Assembly: GCA_964486995.1 (NCBI GenBank)
Contig: CAZAOV010000006.1
Coordinates: forward strand, 166-64,165
Direction of reading: 5' to 3'
DNA: 64,000 nucleotides
Origin: an uncultured Gammaproteobacteria bacterium
Lineage (GTDB): Bacteria; Patescibacteriota; Patescibacteriia; SG8-24
The notes under the pieces were generated by a model, which searched no databases, was not told the DNA's origin, and saw only the letters and a list, made by a program, of their open reading frames with translations. Shown one piece after another: positions 9,388 to 17,770 of this stretch; within the stretch, counting starts at the first letter, position 1; each line of letters opens with the position of its first letter. Both the position numbers and the translations under genes were made by a program.

Positions 9388-10206
9388 ATGGACATCCTAT
9401 CCGGAATAATTCTGGGTGCGGTGCAGGGGTTCACCGAGTTCCTGCCGATTTCTTCGTCCGGGCATCTCATATTGGCGCGGTCGGTTTTGGGTTTGCAGAC
9501 AGAGACCGGCTTGGCGGTAGATGCAGTGCTCCAGTTGGCTACTGCATTAGCGGTCTTAATCTATTTTTGGCGCGTTTTTGTGGATTTGGCCCAGACCGCT
9601 TTTAAGATGATCGCTCTTCAACCGGTCGAGAAGCAAAAGCGCAATCTGTTGTTGGCGGTACTTATCGGCACGATTCCGGCGGTCATACTCGGCTTACTGC
9701 TCGAGGACGTTATGGAAACAACTTTTCGCAGCACGACGGTGGTAGTCGGAACGTTGCTTGTCGGTGGCGCTCTGATGTATGCGGCAGAGCTATATAAAGA
9801 CCATCGCCAAAATGAACCACTCACTTGGAGTAGAGGGCTCATCATTGGTTTGTTTCAGTGTTTGGCGTTGGTGCCGGGCATGTCGCGTTCCGGTTCGACT
9901 ATTGCCGGCGGGTTGTTTATCGGCCTAAAACGTGACCGCGCCGCGCGCTTTAGTTTCTTGCTGTCTTTCCCGATAATCGCTGGTTCCGGTTTAAAAAAAT
10001 TGCTGGATTTAGGAACCGGCGGACTGCTCACGGATATGGGCGGGGGACTAATAGCCGGTTTCATTACGGCGTTCGTGGTCGGATTTGGTGCGATTTATTT
10101 CCTGATGCGTTATTTACGGCGACATTCGTTACGAGCGTTTGTGGCGTATCGGGTGATGTTAGCGGCGTTAGTCGCCTGGCTGATTTATTTGCAGTTGGTT
10201 CAATAA
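9388..10206 (+). CDS. uppP: undecaprenyl-diphosphatase UppP (BacA)
   Basis: N-terminal signature ILGAVQGFTEFLPISSSGHLIL plus second conserved block (PGMSRSGSTIAGG); about 270 aa polytopic membrane protein. Confidence 0.85.
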   Translation: MDILSGIILGAVQGFTEFLPISSSGHLILARSVLGLQTETGLAVDAVLQLATALAVLIYFWRVFVDLAQTAFKMIALQPVEKQKRNLLLAVLIGTIPAVILGLLLEDVMETTFRSTTVVVGTLLVGGALMYAAELYKDHRQNEPLTWSRGLIIGLFQCLALVPGMSRSGSTIAGGLFIGLKRDRAARFSFLLSFPIIAGSGLKKLLDLGTGGLLTDMGGGLIAGFITAFVVGFGAIYFLMRYLRRHSLRAFVAYRVMLAALVAWLIYLQLVQ

Positions 10207-10378
10207 GGCAGGAACGTAGAGGGTGGATGGGCGCACACTTACAATTTTAAGCTCTGATAGCCCGTGCGTTCTCATGTTCTTAGATTTTAACGAGAAAAAA
10301 GACTCGGCATTACGCCGAGTTTTTGAATTCGCCAGCAAGACTGACTTTTGACCGCCGACCGGCAGTCTATGGGCCGCC

Positions 10379-10849
10379 TCATCCTCCGCCAGAGCCGCAG
10401 CCGCCGCAGTCGTCGCAGCCGCCGCCACCGCCACCCTTGGCGTTACCGAGACCGATTAAACCCCTGAGAATGGATAACACGCCATCCTTGGCCATGATTT
10501 GGTTAAATGGACGGGAGCCTTGGGCAATGAGCCGACCAATCCAAATGTGACCGTAAATGGCCGTCTTGATGACCTCGTAAGTCATGATCAGCTTGGTCTG
10601 ATCTTGCTCCAAGCTTTGTGCCGTACTCAGCACGACCTGAATAATGTCCTGCACAGGTGGCGAGATTATCGCTCCGCCCCGTGCCCGTGTCAAAATAGTT
10701 GGCGCCAGCTTGTTCGCGGCATCGTTACGTGTTTTGAACGCGAGGTCGCCTGCGTATGCGCTAGGCGCATCACTCAAGCCGATTTCGACCATGATTTCAT
10801 TGGTCAGCTCCTGAGCGTTCGGATCATTCATTACGTCATGGAGATTCAT
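10379..10849 (-). CDS. hypothetical protein with C-terminal poly-Gly/Cys tail
   Basis: 156 aa; C-terminus ...GLIGLGNAKGGGGGGCDDCGGCGSGGG-stop encoded by a GC-rich simple-sequence tract (10380-10440). No recognisable family. Confidence 0.5.
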   Translation of the reverse strand: MNLHDVMNDPNAQELTNEIMVEIGLSDAPSAYAGDLAFKTRNDAANKLAPTILTRARGGAIISPPVQDIIQVVLSTAQSLEQDQTKLIMTYEVIKTAIYGHIWIGRLIAQGSRPFNQIMAKDGVLSILRGLIGLGNAKGGGGGGCDDCGGCGSGGG

Positions 10850-10928
10850 CTCGCCTCCTGCAGAAAATAACGTTATCAGTCGTCTGTGAAACTTTCAACC
10901 GTCGAGTTTTAAGTGAAAAAGCAGTATA

Positions 10929-11894
10929 ATGGTGACAAAGCATTTAAGAGTAATACACATGGATACATACGATTCAAGAATGGCCCCGTCGGACAGTTCG
11001 CCTGAAATTCCGGGTAGCGAGAGGCCAGAGAAAAAGAAAAGCGGTTACACCGGTGACTGCAAAATGAGATTAATCATTGTTGCTGTAGCGGTGGCCCTGG
11101 TTTCAATCGGTGCAACAGCGCTGTTGACCTCTAATAAAGAGGTGACATCGCAGTCTTGCGACGATAAGTTGGACACGCTAACTAAGCAGGCTATAACCGA
11201 TAAGCAAGCCATGAAAGCCAAGCTGGATGAATTAAGGGAAGATCTGGCCGCAGCTGAGCGCGCTGCGTTGGGGTTGCCGGAAATCGAGGGAACCGAAGAT
11301 GTCACCAGGTTTGAGGGTACGGATTTCGCACTGTACGTCAACAAACAATATCGTTTTGCGTTTCCGTTTCAAGAAAATATGGAGGTTGAGGCTGCGACCT
11401 GCGAGTCTGACGCCTCGGGTGAACCTCAGCTTTCTGCTGGTGCGGTGCCAGCTGTCGTTTTGGAGAACGCCGAACAGAAGTCGTTTTATATCGTCCCCGG
11501 CTATCACTATGAAGCGATTGACGGAAACGACACCATGGGATGCAGAAAGATCGTGCATGATTTAAACTGGTTGGCCGACAATACTTTCGGTACCTCGTTG
11601 ATGTTGTCTGAGAGCCTGGAGAATGTCGAAGCCGTACGTGCTTATTTGCAGACATACGGTGAGCGGTGCGGTGAATTGGCGGAATTCAATCTATTGGCGG
11701 GCACAGAAGAGTCGCCGCTTATGTATCAGGTGGTGCTGGCTCCGGGTGAAGTGGTCGGTGACGTGCCGGAGTGTTTCTACAGCGGTGGAATTGATATGTG
11801 GTATTCACCGTCTTCACAGACCTTGTACACCGTGCCGATCGGCAATGAATTAGATCACAACATCCAGTATCCGAAGCAGCTGCTGGCGCTCTAG
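10929..11894 (+). CDS. hypothetical membrane-anchored exported protein
   Basis: Internal candidate start MRLIIVAVAVALVSIGATALL (signal/anchor) near 11064; several Cys; followed by a terminator. Confidence 0.5.
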   Translation: MVTKHLRVIHMDTYDSRMAPSDSSPEIPGSERPEKKKSGYTGDCKMRLIIVAVAVALVSIGATALLTSNKEVTSQSCDDKLDTLTKQAITDKQAMKAKLDELREDLAAAERAALGLPEIEGTEDVTRFEGTDFALYVNKQYRFAFPFQENMEVEAATCESDASGEPQLSAGAVPAVVLENAEQKSFYIVPGYHYEAIDGNDTMGCRKIVHDLNWLADNTFGTSLMLSESLENVEAVRAYLQTYGERCGELAEFNLLAGTEESPLMYQVVLAPGEVVGDVPECFYSGGIDMWYSPSSQTLYTVPIGNELDHNIQYPKQLLAL

Positions 11895-11904
11895 CAACAC
11901 AAGA

Positions 11905-11930
11905 CCGGCCTTCGCCGGTCTTTTTGGTTG
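11905..11930 (+). terminator. Rho-independent terminator
   Basis: AGACCGGCcttcGCCGGTCTTTTTGG. Confidence 0.65.
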
Positions 11931-11986
11931 GTTGTGATATTTGGGCTTGTAAAAAAACAACTTTTACTATATGCTAGTCCCGTTGT

Positions 11987-12061
11987 CGGGGCGTAGCTCA
12001 GTGGTAGAGTGCTCGCTTCGGGTGCGAGAGGTCGCTGGTTCAAGTCCAGTCGCCCCGACCA
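11987..12061 (+). tRNA. tRNA-Pro (anticodon CGG)
   Basis: Cloverleaf folded by eye: acceptor CGGGGCG/CGCCCCG, D-arm GCTCagtggtaGAGT, anticodon stem CTCGC/GCGAG with loop TTCGGGT (anticodon CGG), T-arm GCTGGttcaagtCCAGT, discriminator A, encoded CCA. Confidence 0.85.
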
Positions 12062-12062
12062 C

Positions 12063-12095
12063 GTAAAAATCCCAGCTTGCCTGGGATTTTTACGT
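12063..12095 (+). terminator. Rho-independent terminator after tRNA-Pro
   Basis: AAAAATCCCAGcttgCCTGGGATTTTTAC perfect hairpin with flanking A/T runs. Confidence 0.7.
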
Positions 12096-12255
12096 GCCGC
12101 GTGATTCGTGACCGGCTCCGCAAGGCGCCAACCTAGCGAAAACGACTACATAAATAGATTTGTACCCCCTAAAGGTTGGTAGGCTCTCCGGCATCATTTC
12201 TATCCATGAGGGAATATATTTTAGAAATGCTCCTTGCTATGATATATAAACGCAA

Positions 12256-12287
12256 GAAAAAAGCCGGAAAGATAGTCCGGCGTTTTT
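12256..12287 (-). terminator. Rho-independent terminator for minus-strand gene 12288..12806
   Basis: GCCGGAaagatagTCCGGC hairpin flanked by A/T runs, immediately 3' of the stop on the minus strand. Confidence 0.55.
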
Positions 12288-12806
12288 TTATTCAAGCGCA
12301 ATTTGCTCTCCCCAGAGGAATTGTCTCATGCGCTCATGATCTACAATGATGGATTGAATACGTATCCCGCCCTCACTATCCGCGGCTAAACGGCACATCA
12401 GACCAATCTTGGTGTCGGTCGATCCGTCACGCAATGCGGTTGCCAGCCCCGGCAGTTCATCCGCATTATAGCGAATAGCGCCGGACTCCTTGAGTCGCTC
12501 CAAGGCATCGATGCGAATTTCATCCGTGACGAATGGCGTGAGAACCCAACAAATATGGGCATCATAATTGGTCAGCAGATTGCGCTCGGGCGCGTCATCC
12601 GGCAGTACACACCGATTATTGAACAGCGTCCATACCGCATTACGGCTAATCTGTTCCGGCGTGCGCTCGACATCAGTCGGAGTTGTTGGTTCCGAACCCC
12701 GACCTGACACTAAGCCGGCTAGACATGAGGGAGTAGCGGTAATCATGATGGTCGTCAGCAGCATTACAGCCAGCGCAAGAATTAGCGCAGAACCAATCGT
12801 TTTCAT
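12288..12806 (-). CDS. hypothetical secreted protein, paralog A
   Basis: Signal peptide MKTIGSALILALAVMLLTTIMITA; shares blocks with the next gene (W[TR]LFNN[RN]CV, C-terminal ER.R..FL...QI.LE). Confidence 0.55.
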   Translation of the reverse strand: MKTIGSALILALAVMLLTTIMITATPSCLAGLVSGRGSEPTTPTDVERTPEQISRNAVWTLFNNRCVLPDDAPERNLLTNYDAHICWVLTPFVTDEIRIDALERLKESGAIRYNADELPGLATALRDGSTDTKIGLMCRLAADSEGGIRIQSIIVDHERMRQFLWGEQIALE

Positions 12807-12932
12807 CTTTCATCCCCCTGAATGAGAGATTCAACATAACACCGCAGACGCCAGAAGTCAATCGAGACGGGTTGATGTAAAGAAAAAGGCCATACGTCGT
12901 ATGACCGCTACTGCGCTACGGTTGCAGTTAAG

Positions 12933-13430
12933 TTATTCCAGCGGAATTTGCTGGCGGTTAAGGAACATCAGCATGCGACGTTCATCATCGCATAACTCGG
13001 TCAGGAATATACCGAGCCGGGTTCCGGTGGCGATAAGACGAGTGACATACAGTACTCGACTCGGTGGCGAATTTGCCAGGCCTCGCGACATGAAATCCAT
13101 GCTAAATCCATGGAAGTCAATCATGCCGATGTCGAGTAGGAATTGCAGCGCATCTCGTCGCTGTGGCATTGGTGTGTCGCGGTGCATGGCCACACACATA
13201 TTCGTCTCGATATCAGTTTCGCCATGCCTGCGGACGCAATTGTTGTTGAACAATCTCCAGATGCGATTTCGCTCCCGTTTTCCGAAACTGTGTTGGGCGG
13301 AAGCGGGCGTGCTGTGCGATGGGCTGCACGCTACATTCGGTACCGGCTCAAAGTCATCGGTTGATTGTGCAAACACCGGCGCAGCCATAAGGACTAAGAC
13401 ATGAGAGATGAGAGCGATAGAAAATTTCAC
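12933..13430 (-). CDS. hypothetical secreted protein, paralog B
   Basis: Start chosen at GTG (MKFSIALISHVLVLMAAPVFAQS, signal peptide) preceded by GGAGGTGG SD. Paralogous to 12288..12806 (WRLFNNNCV, C-terminal FLNRQQIPLE). Confidence 0.5.
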   Translation of the reverse strand: MKFSIALISHVLVLMAAPVFAQSTDDFEPVPNVACSPSHSTPASAQHSFGKRERNRIWRLFNNNCVRRHGETDIETNMCVAMHRDTPMPQRRDALQFLLDIGMIDFHGFSMDFMSRGLANSPPSRVLYVTRLIATGTRLGIFLTELCDDERRMLMFLNRQQIPLE

Positions 13431-13639
13431 AAACCACCTCCATAAATGACCATACAATTGGCGGGGGATTGGAGCAAGGATCATGGCATGCGGTTTCTTA
13501 TAGCTTCGGCACAAAGAGGAAAGCGGGCAAACAGGTTATATCGATATAGAATTAAATTCAACACTTCTCAGACGGCGCAAATAAAACTAACGGCAGCACG
13601 ATGCCTAAAGGGTAAGCGGGATTCTCATGTTTCTGTTTT

Positions 13640-13680
13640 TCGCTTTAAAAAAGGCACCCTCATATGAGGGTGCTTTTTAT
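13640..13680. terminator. bidirectional terminator hairpin at the 3' end of the HMG-CoA reductase gene
   Basis: GCACCCTCAtaTGAGGGTGC hairpin flanked by AAAAAA (upstream) and TTTTT (downstream). Confidence 0.55.
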
Positions 13681-14816
13681 TATCTGGGTTTGATTCGTTC
13701 ATGCCCAGTCGAGATGCCCTCGTTAACTAGGCAGTATAGCGCGGCGAAGTTTGCCGCCAGACCAGCGGCGCCGATAGCTTGGGCCAGCTCTTGTGCGCTC
13801 TCCGTCCGCATCAGCTCGAAGCACATTTTGGCGAACGGGTTCTCGGTGGCGCCTCCGCGAATGCCGACCGGAATATTTACCGCCAGGGTACCGACCAGAT
13901 AAGTGTCCGCAATCTCGTATGAGGTGAGCGGACTGTTTCCGGCAGAATGCGCCACTGCCGCGGTACTTAGCGCACGCGTGTCCTGGCCGGTGGCCAGAGC
14001 CACACCTTCCATGGCATTCAAAATGCCTTTGACGTGGGTATAGCGACGATTTGGGTCCTCGACCGCCCATCTTTGCATCGCCAGGATTTTGCGTGCCGTA
14101 TCTGCACCGCCGATTCGGTTAAGTTGCCAGCGTGCTCGCGCCAGTGTTCGCCAACCGGCATTGGTGTTGGAACAGATACAGGCGGTCGGATGTTCACCGG
14201 TTAACTTGCCGAGTTGATGTCCGATTTTTTCGGTCAGTTTCGTCACGCGACCGGCGCCCATACTTTCGCCGGTATCCCACAGTAGGTTCACCACTATTTC
14301 GGTCTGACCGTTCTTCATCCGGTTGGTGACTACGCTGAGCAGATCGGAGCGTTCATGCGACATCAGAGAATTGACCGTTTCGTGCGCTATACGCCTGGCG
14401 CCTTCTTGCAGTTGTGTCAGAGCCGCATGGCTATGCTCGCAGGTTTTGAATTCGGCGAACAAGATTTGTCCCAGCATTGTGCTCCGCACATTTCCGGTGA
14501 CATCGAATCCCTCAGGCCAGCACAGCCCGGCAGCTTTGGAGCAGCCGGACACGACGCCGCTTTCCTCGGTGGCGAGCGGCAAGAGAATATCTTTGCCGTT
14601 CACTCGGAAGTTCGTTGCCAAACCGAGCGGCACCGGCATAAAACCGATTAGGTTCTCGATCGGCTCATTTACGGCCAAAGCCAGCTCAAGCAGAGAATTC
14701 GAGCCAGACAGGTGAAAACCAGCCCGGACATTTCCAGAAAATAGCCTGCTTTGCTGCAGGAGCGTGATGCGTCCCGCATAATCCGTATGCCGTAGCGGCA
14801 GTTTTGAAAGGTTCAT
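13680..14816 (-). CDS. mvaA: hydroxymethylglutaryl-CoA reductase, class II (NAD(P)H-dependent, Pseudomonas mevalonii type)
   Basis: Start chosen at MNLSKLP with AGGAG SD. ENLIGFMPVPLGLATNFRVNGKDILLPLATEE aligns with the class II motif [32 protein letters not shown]; downstream blocks DTGESMGAGRV and GILNAMEGVALATGQDTRA also correspond. Confidence 0.8.
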   Translation of the reverse strand: MNLSKLPLRHTDYAGRITLLQQSRLFSGNVRAGFHLSGSNSLLELALAVNEPIENLIGFMPVPLGLATNFRVNGKDILLPLATEESGVVSGCSKAAGLCWPEGFDVTGNVRSTMLGQILFAEFKTCEHSHAALTQLQEGARRIAHETVNSLMSHERSDLLSVVTNRMKNGQTEIVVNLLWDTGESMGAGRVTKLTEKIGHQLGKLTGEHPTACICSNTNAGWRTLARARWQLNRIGGADTARKILAMQRWAVEDPNRRYTHVKGILNAMEGVALATGQDTRALSTAAVAHSAGNSPLTSYEIADTYLVGTLAVNIPVGIRGGATENPFAKMCFELMRTESAQELAQAIGAAGLAANFAALYCLVNEGISTGHERIKPR

Positions 14817-14933
14817 GGACACTCCTTTAGCCGAAGCAAATCGACCGCCTATTACAGCAAATATTATTATGCCTGTCAATCACTCAAGCTTTAAATAAGG
14901 TCATTTATTTGCTATAATATAAGATAGATTCAT

Positions 14934-15383
14934 ATGAAATCATACGCCACATCAAAAGCACTTATTTTCCGCGTGGTCGTGGTGGCCGTGGACTTTGTTA
15001 TTTTGTGGGTAATTTTTAATGATGTCATGGCCGCCGGAATCGGTACAGGTCTCAGGCATCTGATTCAGATTTTGATGTACTGGTATCACGAGCGAGTCTG
15101 GGAGAGGCATCCATGGGGAATCACTGATGGTGTTGAGACCGCTATACGTACGATTGCCAAAACCGCGACTTTTCGATCTCTGACATTCGGCAAGGATTTG
15201 TTCACCATCATGTTTTTCTCGACCGACATGAACCGCGGATTGATTGGTGTCGCAGTATTGACCATAGTAAACACCCTGATTTATATTGGTTTCGAACGCG
15301 CTTGGGCGGTCAAGGAAAAGTACGACCACGATCACGAACAAGCCGAACCCCAAGATTCGACTTTCATAAAAGTAGAAATTTAA
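14934..15383 (+). CDS. hypothetical small membrane protein
   Basis: Two to three hydrophobic helices; no secure family assignment. Confidence 0.5.
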   Translation: MKSYATSKALIFRVVVVAVDFVILWVIFNDVMAAGIGTGLRHLIQILMYWYHERVWERHPWGITDGVETAIRTIAKTATFRSLTFGKDLFTIMFFSTDMNRGLIGVAVLTIVNTLIYIGFERAWAVKEKYDHDHEQAEPQDSTFIKVEI

Positions 15384-15477
15384 GCAGTTCTAACTTGTCC
15401 ACATAAACCTAGTTTCAAGCCTGGCTTGCTGAGTCAGGCTTTAAGTTTGATGCGAAAACAGGTAAATTAAATTCGCT

Positions 15478-16764
15478 ATGGATAAGGATTTATTCGCCTA
15501 TAAAGCGGAAAAACAATTAAGACGCGAGGCTCCCTTACCCGATAGAATGCGGCCGGGTAGTTTGGCTGATTTTGTTGGACAGGGCGGCGTGGTTGGGAAG
15601 GGGAGTATGCTGCGGCGGTTGCTCGAAAAAGACGAGGTGCCCTCGATGATTTTTTGGGGTCCACCTGGCACCGGTAAAACCACGTTGGCGCGTATCGTGG
15701 CGCAGATGACCGAATCTCGTTTTGTGCAGTTTTCGGCCGTGTCTAGCGGTGTAGCTGAATTACGCAAAGTGATTGTCGAGGCCGAGGAAAGGCTAAGCCT
15801 GCATGAGGAGCGAACAATCCTGTTCGTGGATGAGATACATCGTTGGAACAAGGCTCAGCAGGACGCCTTCTTGCCGTATGTAGAAAACGGCACGGTCGCT
15901 TTGATTGGCGCCACCACCGAAAATCCTTCTTTTGAGATCAATTCGGCGCTGCTGTCGCGTTGTAAGGTGTTTGTGCTGGAGCGTTTGGTGCCAGAAGACA
16001 TAGAAAAATTATTGCGGCGGGCTCTAAAGGACAAGAAGGTCGGATTTGGAGGTAAAAACGTCGCTGCAGATGATGGTGCAATAAAAATTATCGCCGACGT
16101 GGCGGATGGAGATGCCCGAGCTGCGCTGAATCTGTTAGAGATGGCGGTTAAATCCACCCCTGAACGCGCGATGCGAGATTCCGACAAGGGGCATAAGCTG
16201 ATAAAATTGACTAAAGGGGCGGTAATTAAAATGGTTCGTCGTTCGCATCTGAAATACGACAAGGGTGGTGAGGATCACTACAACATAATTTCCGCATTAC
16301 ATAAGTCGCTGCGCGGTTCGGACGCAAATGCCGCCCTGTATTGGTTGGCGCGGATGTTGGAATCCGGCGAAAATCCGATTTACGTTGCTCGACGGTTGGT
16401 GCGGTTTGCTTCGGAAGATATCGGCTTGGCTGACCCGCAGGCGTTGGTCCAGGCGAACGCCGCGTTCGACGCCACGCACAAACTCGGTATGCCGGAATGC
16501 AACGTGCATTTGGCGCAGGCGGTGGTGTACATGGCTCGCGCAACCAAGTCCAACGAGCTGTACACGGCTTATGCGCAGGCCAGCAAAGATGTCGAACAGA
16601 CACAGAATGAACCTGTGCCGCTGCATTTGCGGAATGCATCAACCCAACTCATGCGCGATTTGGGTTATGGCCGCGATTATATTTATAACCCTTCGGCCGA
16701 AGGGTCGGTGCAGCAGGATTATCTCCCAGACAGCCTCAAGGGAAAGAAATATCTCAAAGACTGA
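15478..16764 (+). CDS. rarA: replication-associated recombination protein A (RarA/MgsA AAA+ ATPase)
   Basis: Walker A MIFWGPPGTGKTTLARIVA, Walker B ILFVDEIHRWNKAQQDAFLP, C-terminal MgsA helical domain (HYNIISALHKSLRGSDANAALYWLARML). Confidence 0.85.
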   Translation: MDKDLFAYKAEKQLRREAPLPDRMRPGSLADFVGQGGVVGKGSMLRRLLEKDEVPSMIFWGPPGTGKTTLARIVAQMTESRFVQFSAVSSGVAELRKVIVEAEERLSLHEERTILFVDEIHRWNKAQQDAFLPYVENGTVALIGATTENPSFEINSALLSRCKVFVLERLVPEDIEKLLRRALKDKKVGFGGKNVAADDGAIKIIADVADGDARAALNLLEMAVKSTPERAMRDSDKGHKLIKLTKGAVIKMVRRSHLKYDKGGEDHYNIISALHKSLRGSDANAALYWLARMLESGENPIYVARRLVRFASEDIGLADPQALVQANAAFDATHKLGMPECNVHLAQAVVYMARATKSNELYTAYAQASKDVEQTQNEPVPLHLRNASTQLMRDLGYGRDYIYNPSAEGSVQQDYLPDSLKGKKYLKD

Positions 16765-17732
16765 TGCCTAAAAAAACTCGCTACATCTTAATCGTCATTT
16801 TCATTATTGCCGGACTAGGTATTTTGCTGCTGTCTCAACTGGCGCGCCGCGAAAGGCAGGCCGTTGGCGATTTGTATGGTGCGGCGGTGGGTAACTTGGG
16901 GCAGACTAGTTCTGCAGACCTGACTTTGGTGTTGGATACTTTCGTACAGCCGCCCGCCGGTTTTGGTGCGGATGGTGGTTTGCTCGATTCTATAGATTTA
17001 CCAATCAGGGTGATCGGGCCGTTGCGGGTCGCCTATCCGGCTGACGGAGCGGTAAGTGCCAGCATGGATATGGATATATCCAGCACGCTCGGTAACGTAG
17101 CTCTGCTTACCCTGCGGGGGCAACTCACCCCGCAGGGTGAAATATTTGCTCAGCTCGACGATTTGCCTGATGACATGGGTGCTGACCTCGATGTTGCTCA
17201 GCTGAACGGCGCTTGGTTTACCGTTGATGACCGAGCCGTGGGTCAACTCGTCCCGTGGTCGGATATAAATTCGACAGATGCTAATGCCAGTACCGTGCTC
17301 AGTGCCAATCAGCTGCGCTCTGCACTGTCCGGCATCTTTATTCCGTATCGGCGCTATGAGGATATGCCCCTGAACGGACGGACCGCCGCACATTACGAAA
17401 TGGCTGTTGATGAATCGCGCTTAGTCGAGTTTTTGTCACTTGCGACTAGTACGGCACGCGGTACGCTGCTGACTTCGGAAGAGCGACAATCCATAAGCGA
17501 CCATATCGCCGCGCGCCGCTGGTTGGCAGAAGCCTGGGTTGATATCAACACCGAGCAATTTTTAGAAATCAAACTGGGCATATTTCCTTTTGATGACGAG
17601 AGCGGCATGCCAGTAGCGTTGTCTTTGAGGTTCGGTGAATTCAACCAAGTTTTTGACCTAACAGCACCGGAAACCGCCAAACCTCTTTCAGCAGTGCTTA
17701 TCAAGGCACTTAGAACACCAGCCGGTAATTAG
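16764..17732 (+). CDS. hypothetical membrane-anchored exported protein
   Basis: N-terminal anchor (YILIVIFIIAGLGILLLSQLA); start overlaps the rarA stop. Confidence 0.5.
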   Translation: MPKKTRYILIVIFIIAGLGILLLSQLARRERQAVGDLYGAAVGNLGQTSSADLTLVLDTFVQPPAGFGADGGLLDSIDLPIRVIGPLRVAYPADGAVSASMDMDISSTLGNVALLTLRGQLTPQGEIFAQLDDLPDDMGADLDVAQLNGAWFTVDDRAVGQLVPWSDINSTDANASTVLSANQLRSALSGIFIPYRRYEDMPLNGRTAAHYEMAVDESRLVEFLSLATSTARGTLLTSEERQSISDHIAARRWLAEAWVDINTEQFLEIKLGIFPFDDESGMPVALSLRFGEFNQVFDLTAPETAKPLSAVLIKALRTPAGN

Positions 17733-17770
17733 ATGCGGCACTTTTAGTAATAAACCACCAGTCAACTCAT

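Noticed and set aside
10379-10849. Interpretation of the Gly/Cys-tailed protein as a RiPP precursor (NHLP/Nif11-type leader + core)
   Set aside because: The N-terminal 135 residues do not resemble NHLP or Nif11 leaders, and no modification enzymes (YcaO, radical SAM, LanB/C, peptidase-transporter) are nearby. Kept only as an unusual tail.
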